Positions 56,920 through 64,000 of a stretch of 64,000 bases of DNA are shown here, in pieces. Position numbers and translations under genes: made by a program. The first letter of the stretch is position 1; every line of letters starts with the position of its first letter. The DNA comes from Candidatus Aldehydirespiratoraceae bacterium. Lineage in GTDB: Bacteria; Actinomycetota; Acidimicrobiia; Acidimicrobiales; Aldehydirespiratoraceae. A model generated the notes under the pieces. The model had not been told where the DNA came from and ran no database searches. It saw only the letters and a list, made by a program, of their open reading frames with translations. The stretch spans positions 195,260 to 259,259 of the forward strand of contig CBDEVU010000009.1 of the NCBI GenBank assembly GCA_965243715.1. The letters run 5' to 3'.

Positions 56920-57957
56920 CTAGGGCAAGAACATTATCTTCGAAAAGAGCGGGCGTTGCTCCCTTGATAGTTCATCAAAGAAGTCCGGGAGCCTATCCAA
57001 CTCGAGTTGGTGGCTTATGACGAACTCCCACCTCAGCTGACCTCCCGCCAACGCCTCGAGAGCGGTCGACCACTCTGACCCAGGGAACGGGGCGCTAAAG
57101 GAGTTCCACGCGCCGTGAAGCGAGATCTCTTTGCGCAGGAAGTGCTCGAACGTGGGGCCACGAAGAGCCACCTCGGCGACTGGTATGCCGATGAACACGA
57201 CGCTGGCGCCCGGGCCAGCGACGTGGATGGCAGAGTTGATACCCGACTCGTGTCCAGAGGCCTCAACGACGAGATCACACTCCGCTTGGAGCTTTTGGTC
57301 TTCGTCGTTGAGAACTGCAGACGTGGCGCCCGCCTCAAGGGCAAGCTTAAGCTTCTGTTCGGCTACATCGAACGCGAGCACCTCGCCCACCCCCATCAAC
57401 CGTAGCCACTGGATTGCGAAGAGGCCGATCGGCCCGCACCCGACTACAGCGGCCCGTTGGCCGAACGTGACGCCTCCCGCTTTCCAGATCGCGTGCAGTG
57501 CAATCGCGGCCGGGTCAACCATCGCTGCGGCTCGCGGGTCCATGCCAGATGCAGTCGGCACAAGATTGACCTGCGGGACAAGAACGTATTCCGCGTATGC
57601 GCCGTCGCGCCGTGAACCGAAGTAGTCGTAGTCGCGACAGCGGGAGAACTCGCCTGTCTTGCATTGATCGCATTGCATGCACGGGACTAGCGGCGCTACC
57701 GCTACGAGGTCACCGACGACGAAACCCTCGACATCGCCCGCGACCTCAACAATCGTCCCGGAGAACTCGTGGCCGCATACCAGCGGCATCTTATGAGCTC
57801 CCTCGTGAAGTAGTCTTCCGATGTCCGATCCGCATACCCCGACCGCTGCGACTCTCACCAGTGCGTGACCTGGCCGGTTGGCCGGGATGGCTAAGTGCTC
57901 CATCCGGATCTCGCCCGGGCTGTGCAGTACGGCTGCCTTCATTTTCTCGTTGTTCAT
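56920..57957 (-). CDS. Zinc-dependent polyol/alcohol dehydrogenase (MDR family)
   Basis: GVCGSDIGR, GHEFSGTIV, CMQCDQCKTGEFSRC, VVGCGPIGL. Confidence 0.85.
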   Translation of the reverse strand: MNNEKMKAAVLHSPGEIRMEHLAIPANRPGHALVRVAAVGVCGSDIGRLLHEGAHKMPLVCGHEFSGTIVEVAGDVEGFVVGDLVAVAPLVPCMQCDQCKTGEFSRCRDYDYFGSRRDGAYAEYVLVPQVNLVPTASGMDPRAAAMVDPAAIALHAIWKAGGVTFGQRAAVVGCGPIGLFAIQWLRLMGVGEVLAFDVAEQKLKLALEAGATSAVLNDEDQKLQAECDLVVEASGHESGINSAIHVAGPGASVVFIGIPVAEVALRGPTFEHFLRKEISLHGAWNSFSAPFPGSEWSTALEALAGGQLRWEFVISHQLELDRLPDFFDELSREQRPLFSKIMFLP

Positions 57958-58061
57958 CTAATCCTACTTTGTCGCAGTCAGGCGAGGGTCGTCCCTCCAT
58001 TATGGGCCGCGCAGGACCCCTGATCGAGGGGCCTCGGGGGCCTGCGCTTGTTTGTCGAGAG

Positions 58062-59117
58062 CTAGTTGCCGAGGACGTCGGGGCGGTACTCGGCGAAGAG
58101 CAGTCCGTCGCGTGGGAAGTCGTCTACGTTGTCGGAGGTTACGGCCGATGTACCGGCATCGACGAAGCTCGAAACCGTCTCTCCGTTTATTGCTGCGAGA
58201 GCAACTTGAATCGCGACATCGCCTAAGTACTGGGGATCGTTGAGGGAGGTGGCGACGTAGTTACCACCGCTGGCCATGACCTCAAGGGCCTCTGACAACC
58301 CGTCGACACCTGCAACGAACACATCGTCTCGGCCGTTCTCCTCGAGGACTTGCAAAGCGCCTAGTGCCATGTCGTCGTTGTGTGCGTATACGACGTTCAC
58401 ATCCGGGTGCGACTGCAACAAGTCCTGCATGGCAACAACTGCGTTCGAGCGGATGTATTCCGCGAACGGTCCTTCGACGATCTCGTGTCCGGTTCCGTTA
58501 ATGGCGTTGTGGAAGCCGTCTCGACGGTCCATCATTACTGCCCCACCTGCATCGCCCTGTATCTCGATGATCTTCGCGTTCTCGATGCCGTCGGCAGCAA
58601 GTCGTGCCACGACTGCTTGACCTACGACCTTCCCCATCGTGATGTTGTCACGCCCGATGTGGGCAGTGACTCCGGTGTTCGTGACACTCCGATCGACCGT
58701 GATCACAGGAATTCCCGCCGCGATCGCCTCTTCAATCGCTGGACCCACCGCTTCAGGGTTAACTGGATTGACGATCAAAGCGTCGACCCCCTGGGTGATC
58801 AGATCCTGGATGTCGTTGTTCTGCTTGGTGACATCGCCGTTCGCGTCCAAGAAGATCAACTCATGGCCAAACGACTTCGTGGCCGCTGCTGAACCATCGC
58901 GCAACTGCACATAGAACGGCGACTGGAGAGTCACCTGACTAAACCCAATCTTGATGCCATCGTCCTCAGAATCGCCTGAGCCATCCCCATCAGACGAGGA
59001 CTCACCCTCCGATTCGGCATTCTCACCGCTCGCGCCCGAATCGTCCCCGCCGCATCCGGCGGCAAAGACGAACACGGCTAGAAGTGCCCACAGAATTAAC
59101 AACTGGCTACGTCTCAT
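58062..59117 (-). CDS. Sugar ABC transporter substrate-binding lipoprotein (RbsB-like)
   Basis: Start MRRSQLLILWALLAVFVFAAGCGGDD (lipobox). Periplasmic-binding-protein type I pattern IGFSQVTLQSPFY...VVYAHNDDMALGA. Confidence 0.8.
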   Translation of the reverse strand: MRRSQLLILWALLAVFVFAAGCGGDDSGASGENAESEGESSSDGDGSGDSEDDGIKIGFSQVTLQSPFYVQLRDGSAAATKSFGHELIFLDANGDVTKQNNDIQDLITQGVDALIVNPVNPEAVGPAIEEAIAAGIPVITVDRSVTNTGVTAHIGRDNITMGKVVGQAVVARLAADGIENAKIIEIQGDAGGAVMMDRRDGFHNAINGTGHEIVEGPFAEYIRSNAVVAMQDLLQSHPDVNVVYAHNDDMALGALQVLEENGRDDVFVAGVDGLSEALEVMASGGNYVATSLNDPQYLGDVAIQVALAAINGETVSSFVDAGTSAVTSDNVDDFPRDGLLFAEYRPDVLGN

Positions 59118-59458
59118 GAATCTTCCTCCATTGTTGTAACAGCGGATGTGAAAGAGTTGCACATTCGCTGGTAAGGAACGTAACATGGGGTTCGTGACCT
59201 TGCAACAGCAACCGCTAGTTCCCCGATCGGGAGAGGATCAGCGACACAGTCGAGCCACGATGAGTGCCGTGCGCATGAGGTGGACGGACTACCGACCGCC
59301 TACCGCCGAGCCAGTGACCAGACGGGCTGATTCATGCGCGACGCTCGGCTTCCGGTCATTGGCAGCGCGCCTCATGTTGCAGCTGTGGGAGCGTCGTCCC
59401 CGCGAACCGGTGCCAGAGAATCCGTTCGCTCAAGCGAACCAGCCGAGGAAGTCCATCG

Positions 59459-60430
59459 ATGAGTGAAGCAGCGGTGACGAGGACTCGGGATCTTGGCCCA
59501 CTGGGCCTGCTCGGCGCAGCGACAGAGCGCGACATTGCCGCGTTTCTGCGAGCGGTGCCCTCTGTTGATCAGGTCGGAATCTCCGAGCGCGTAGCATCGC
59601 TCGCGACCCGTAGCGTCAAGCGTGAAGCAAAGCGGCGAGCCCTCCTGCTCGCGGTGACAATGATCGACCTTACCACCCTGGAGGGAATGGATACACCAGG
59701 CAAGGTCGCTCAGATGTCCGCGAAGGCGATCCGCCCTGATCCCTCAGATCCGTCCATCCCGTCGACCGCGGCCGTGTGTGTCTATCCGGCAATGATCCCC
59801 GCAGCCCGTCAGCACTTGGCGGGATCGGGCGTGAAGATTGCCGCAGTGTCCACCTACTTTCCAAGCGGGCAGGCTCCCCTCGATGTCAAAGTGGCCGACG
59901 TGCACGCCGCTGTTGCTCTCGGCGCTGATGAGATCGACATGGTCATCGACCGCGGCGCATTCCTGGCGGGCGAATACAAGCGCGTCTTCGACGAAATCGT
60001 CGCTGTCAAGGAAGCCTCGGGCAACGCCCACCTGAAAGTGATCCTCGAGACCGGTGAGCTCGCCACATTCGACAACGTCCGGCGCGCCTCAATGCTCGCG
60101 ATGGCTGCGGGCGCCGACTTCATCAAGACCTCTACAGGCAAGGTCCAACCAGCCGCGACCCGCGAGGTCGCCCTTGTCATGTTCGAGGCGATCCGCGACT
60201 TCCATGACCTAGCCGGCGTGCGCATCGGCATGAAACCTGCCGGAGGGATCCGAACCGCGAAGGACGCAATCCGCTACCTAGTGCTACTCAGCGAAACGCT
60301 CGGCGCCAAGTGGCTGACACCTGACCTGTTCCGTTTCGGGGCTTCGACGCTGCTCAACGACGTTCTGATGCAGATTGGGTGGCTACGAGACGGCCGTTAC
60401 CAATCGCCCGACTACTACACGAGAGACTGA
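59459..60430 (+). CDS. deoC: Deoxyribose-phosphate aldolase (long actinobacterial form)
   Basis: MIDLTTLEG, VCVYP, EIDMVI, DFIKTSTGK (Schiff-base Lys), MKPAGGIRT. Confidence 0.85.
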   Translation: MSEAAVTRTRDLGPLGLLGAATERDIAAFLRAVPSVDQVGISERVASLATRSVKREAKRRALLLAVTMIDLTTLEGMDTPGKVAQMSAKAIRPDPSDPSIPSTAAVCVYPAMIPAARQHLAGSGVKIAAVSTYFPSGQAPLDVKVADVHAAVALGADEIDMVIDRGAFLAGEYKRVFDEIVAVKEASGNAHLKVILETGELATFDNVRRASMLAMAAGADFIKTSTGKVQPAATREVALVMFEAIRDFHDLAGVRIGMKPAGGIRTAKDAIRYLVLLSETLGAKWLTPDLFRFGASTLLNDVLMQIGWLRDGRYQSPDYYTRD

Positions 60431-60432
60431 CG

Positions 60433-61902
60433 ATGGACACACTCGCTACAACCCCTCTAACACCCCTCGAACTCGAGTACGTCGACTCCCGCGAGGCAAC
60501 CGACATCGCCGGAATCAACGACAGCTACGACTTGTTCATTGACGGTTCGTTCCGCAAGCCAATGTCGAAGAAGTACCTGAGTTCGCTGAACCCGGCAACA
60601 GGGAAACACCTCGCCAAGGTTGCTCACGGCTCGGCACGCGATATCGATAGCGCTGTTGGCGCGGCCCGAGAAGCCTTTGGGAGCTGGAGCACGCTACCGG
60701 GCGCCGAACGCGCCAAGTACCTCTTCAGGATCGCCAGGATGCTCCAAGAACGGGCCCGGGAATTCGCACTTGTGGAAACGCTCGACGGCGGCAAGCCGAT
60801 TCGCGAGGCCAGAGACTTCGATATCCCAACCGCGGCAGCCTACTTCTTCTACTACGCTGGCTGGGCCGACAAACTCGAATACGCCTTCCCCGGCCTCGAT
60901 ACCCGACCGATCGGCATCGCTGGCCAGATCATCCCCTGGAACTTCCCACTGCTCATGCTGGCCTGGAAGATCGCGCCAGCGCTGGCAACCGGAAATACCG
61001 TCGTGTTGAAACCCGCCGAGACCACACCGCTCACAGCGATGCTCTTCGCTGAGATGCTAATCGAAGCCGATCTCCCACCCGGCGTCGTCAACATCGTGAC
61101 CGGCGACGGCGAGACCGGCGCCGCGCTCGTCGAACACGAAGATGTCGACAAAATCGCCTTCACCGGCTCGACCGACGTCGGTAAAGCCATCCAGCGAGCC
61201 CTAGCTGGCAGCCGCCGGCGTCTCACCCTCGAACTCGGCGGAAAAGCGCCACACATCGTGTTCGAAGACGCGCCAATCGATCAGGCCGTCGAAGGCGTCG
61301 TCAACGGCATCTTTTTCAACCAGGGCCATGTGTGTTGCGCCGGAAGTCGCCTACTCGTCCAAGAGGACATCGCCCCCCAATTCGTTGCCAAGCTTAAACG
61401 ACGGCTCACCACACTTCGAGTCGGCAATCCTCTCGACAAGAACACCGACGTCGGCGCCATCAACAGCCGCGAACAACTCGACCGGATCACCGACTTGGTC
61501 GCCTTGGGACAAAGCGAAGGCGCGGAAATGTACCAACCAGAGTGCTCGCTGCCGACCCAAGGCTACTGGTTCACTCCAACCATTTTCCTCGGCGTTGCAC
61601 AGAGCCACCGGATCGCCCGCGAAGAGATTTTTGGCCCCGTGTTGTCGGTTATGACCTTCCGGACCCCCGACGAAGCATTGGACAAAGCCAACAACACCCC
61701 CTACGGCCTGTCTGCAGGGGTATGGACGTCGAAAGGCTCGCGGATCCTATGGATGGCGGACCGACTCAAAGCTGGCGTCGTCTGGGCCAACACCTACAAC
61801 AAGTTCGATCCGGCCTCACCGTTCGGCGGCTACCAGGAATCCGGTTTTGGCCGTGAAGGCGGACGGCACGGCCTCCTGCCCTATCTCCAAAGAGCATACT
61901 GA
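60433..61902 (+). CDS. NAD(P)-dependent aldehyde dehydrogenase
   Basis: IIPWNFPLLM, FTGSTDVGK, ELGGKAP, FFNQGHVCCAGSR (catalytic Cys), EEIFGPV. Confidence 0.85.
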   Translation: MDTLATTPLTPLELEYVDSREATDIAGINDSYDLFIDGSFRKPMSKKYLSSLNPATGKHLAKVAHGSARDIDSAVGAAREAFGSWSTLPGAERAKYLFRIARMLQERAREFALVETLDGGKPIREARDFDIPTAAAYFFYYAGWADKLEYAFPGLDTRPIGIAGQIIPWNFPLLMLAWKIAPALATGNTVVLKPAETTPLTAMLFAEMLIEADLPPGVVNIVTGDGETGAALVEHEDVDKIAFTGSTDVGKAIQRALAGSRRRLTLELGGKAPHIVFEDAPIDQAVEGVVNGIFFNQGHVCCAGSRLLVQEDIAPQFVAKLKRRLTTLRVGNPLDKNTDVGAINSREQLDRITDLVALGQSEGAEMYQPECSLPTQGYWFTPTIFLGVAQSHRIAREEIFGPVLSVMTFRTPDEALDKANNTPYGLSAGVWTSKGSRILWMADRLKAGVVWANTYNKFDPASPFGGYQESGFGREGGRHGLLPYLQRAY

Positions 61903-62789
61903 TGGCCACTGCTTCGACATCGGTGCGGCTCGACGTTCGCAAGACCTACAAGCTCTACATTGGAGGAGATTTCTCCCGAAGCGAATCCGGCCGATCTTAC
62001 GCCGCGACCGACGCTGGGGGAACCGTGCTTGCCCGGGTCGCGGAGGGCTCGCGCAAGGATCTACGCGACGCGGTCAGAATCGCCGGCAATGCCCAGTCGG
62101 GCTGGGCGGGCCGTACCGGGTACAACCGGGCTCAGATTCTCTATCGCATCGCAGAGATGGTCGAGGACCGCGTCGACGTCTTCACCAACCAACTCAAGGC
62201 GGGCGGGCTCACCAGAAAGCAAGCGAGACGGGAGGTCACCAAGTCGATCGAACGACTCGTCTGGTACGCGGGCTGGGGCGACAAATTTGCCCAAGTCATG
62301 GGCAACCTCAACCCAGTCTCGGGACCGTTTTTCAACATCTCCGCCCCTGAACCGAGCGGTATCGTCGGCACGATTGCCCCCGAAACCCCCGCCCTCTTGG
62401 GCCTCGTGTCTCGACTCGCGCCAGCGATGATCATCGGCAACACAGCGGTGGTCCTCGCTTCACAGCGGTGGCCGCTGCCAGCAATCACCTTCGGTGAGGC
62501 TTTGGCAACCGCAGATGTGCCAGGTGGAGTCGTGAATATCTTGACCGGCCCAAAGGAGGCCCTGATCCCGGTCTTGGCCGCCCATATGGACGTCAACGTC
62601 ATTGACGCATTCGGCCATACCCACGACGACGCCGCAATGATCGAAACCAACGCATCGCACAGCGTCACCAGGGTCGTGCCCCCCAGCAGAGAGGGATTCC
62701 CATGGGGGGATGACCGAGTGGCTCGGAGCCCATACATGATCGCCGACTTCACCGAAATCAAGACGGTATGGCATCCGAAAGGGACATGA
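61902..62789 (+). CDS. Aldehyde dehydrogenase-like protein, short (295 aa), catalytic core apparently absent
   Basis: ALDH-like N-terminus (YKLYIGGDF, IAPETPALLGL) and C-terminus (FTEIKTVWHP), but no ELGG or GQxC motifs in between. ATGA overlap with the previous gene. Confidence 0.65.
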   Translation: MATASTSVRLDVRKTYKLYIGGDFSRSESGRSYAATDAGGTVLARVAEGSRKDLRDAVRIAGNAQSGWAGRTGYNRAQILYRIAEMVEDRVDVFTNQLKAGGLTRKQARREVTKSIERLVWYAGWGDKFAQVMGNLNPVSGPFFNISAPEPSGIVGTIAPETPALLGLVSRLAPAMIIGNTAVVLASQRWPLPAITFGEALATADVPGGVVNILTGPKEALIPVLAAHMDVNVIDAFGHTHDDAAMIETNASHSVTRVVPPSREGFPWGDDRVARSPYMIADFTEIKTVWHPKGT

Positions 62790-62885
62790 CCGTGACCGCC
62801 ATCCACGACTACGAAGGCAACCCGCGACTCAAGGCAATGCACGACCGCAAAACACGGGTCGGACTGTGTCGATGATTGATTATTC

Positions 62886-63158
62886 GTGCAGCCGCTGGTG
62901 ACGGCTCCGAGCGTCTGGTATTCGGACGTCCTGCGAGTTGTGGACGGAGTTTGGAAGGCTCAGGAGTTGACACCTGAGTTCCTCCGAGACTTGTTCGCCG
63001 ACGACTTGGCCAAGGGTCAAGCACTTCGGGGCCGGTCGTCGACGGTGCGGTGGGTCTTTCACTGGTGGCTCAACGGCGTGAGCCTCGGTAACTACGACGA
63101 GTTCACGTTGACGACCCCGCTCAGCATAGCGGTGGCGGAGATTCGGACAGGCATCTAG
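62886..63158 (+). CDS. Hypothetical protein
   Basis: ORF only. No recognisable motif. Confidence 0.2.
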   Translation: MQPLVTAPSVWYSDVLRVVDGVWKAQELTPEFLRDLFADDLAKGQALRGRSSTVRWVFHWWLNGVSLGNYDEFTLTTPLSIAVAEIRTGI

Positions 63159-63446
63159 TAGCGCCGCCGAAGTGTTCGACTTCGACCGATAGCGACTCGG
63201 TGATCGCGGTCCGGAGGCGGACTATATCTGGCCGATCTGCCGAAGATATTTTGATCGATCTGCGCTACGAAGAATGCTCGACTGGTTGAAGCACCTGACC
63301 GTAGACCCAGTGGCTCTGCCCTTTCTAACGGACGTTTCGCCTGGTCAGGCTGCTGTGAAGTCCAGCCAGTCGTACTGGGTGGGGTGAGGGTTAATGGTCG
63401 ACGCGATAGTGGTCTGATGCGGCCGTCGGCAGCCCATATGCGTGAC

Positions 63447-64000
63447 TCATAGTCGTCCCACTTGTTGTCGCGCTCGGGTCAGTGCTACGTAGAGGCGCCG
63501 GTCCTTGTGCACGTCGTGATCGAGGCCGTTGTGAAGAGCGGCATCGTCCTGCTCTGTCAAGATCACGGCTACACGGTTCCATTCGTCACCTTTTGCCTGG
63601 TGAACAGTTAGCCCCGGTGTGAATTGGCCCGTATAGGCCAGCCGCCGCGCTAGGTTCGCAAGCTTTCGCTCGTACCGAAAACGCTGGTCTGGTTTGACGG
63701 TTAGTCGTCTTGGTGTTCCAAGAAAAGTCTTAGCGACATCTTGGGCGAGATCGAGTGCAGCGCTTGCACTGGGTGGCCCGTCCAACTTAAGTATCTGTAG
63801 AACGGGTCCGAACGCCGCTTCGGCGTATTCGCGGTATTGCGTCTCATCGATCTTAAGCAGCACATACGCCGTTTCCGTAAGTCGGGCTGGGCCAAGGGAT
63901 TGCCCTTGCATGAAATGGTCGAGAAGTAGTGAGAGAACAGCCTCGATCTTAGACTTGGCGGCTCCGAAGGAGGATGGCAAGATCCATTCGTGAGCCTCCC
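63447..64000 (-). CDS. UvrD-like helicase, C-terminal part (gene continues beyond the window)
   Basis: VHQAKGDEWNRVAVIL and RRLYVALTRARQQVGRL (UvrD_C motifs). The frame is open to the right edge. Confidence 0.6.
   Translation of the reverse strand, partial: EAHEWILPSSFGAAKSKIEAVLSLLLDHFMQGQSLGPARLTETAYVLLKIDETQYREYAEAAFGPVLQILKLDGPPSASAALDLAQDVAKTFLGTPRRLTVKPDQRFRYERKLANLARRLAYTGQFTPGLTVHQAKGDEWNRVAVILTEQDDAALHNGLDHDVHKDRRLYVALTRARQQVGRL

Overview
High-GC, Actinobacteria-like chromosomal segment (GC judged by eye, not computed). I saw no rRNA, bona fide tRNA or CRISPR array. Three zones. (1) 1-11.1 kb: a Type III-like restriction-modification pair (Res intact, Mod frameshifted at a G10 tract), then a five-gene operon on the minus strand: small secreted Cys protein, lipoprotein, peptidoglycan-binding HlyD-like adaptor, MacB-type ABC ATPase, FtsX permease. 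(2) ~11.1-51.9 kb: an accessory, defence-island-like region. Intact systems are a second, diverged copy of the five-gene cassette (22.2-26.9 kb, plus strand), a Gabija-like gajA/gajB pair co-operonic with an upstream COG1373/DUF4143 ATPase and a downstream Mrr-like nuclease, an orphan TIR protein, and a type II-short-like CBASS (patatin, CD-NTase, E2-like) with a divergent CapH/CapP-like XRE + ImmA pair. Many other genes are frameshifted: two HEPN genes, an SF2 helicase-nuclease, Doc, an NDT-like gene and a lipoprotein. Decayed mobile elements include IS6, IS256, IS481, ISL3 and an IS3 copy interrupted by a defective group II intron. A repeat family I do not recognise occurs six times, always on the plus strand, between modules. 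It is a ~35-nt motif containing 11-nt tandem repeats, followed in three copies by a ~130-170-nt structured, tRNA-end-like body. (3) 51.9-62.8 kb: intact core metabolism, namely a ribose-type sugar ABC transporter, SorC regulator, FGGY kinase, Zn-dehydrogenase, deoC and two aldehyde dehydrogenase genes. A UvrD-like gene runs off the right edge. All calls come from reading motifs in the supplied ORF translations and the raw sequence. No database search was run.
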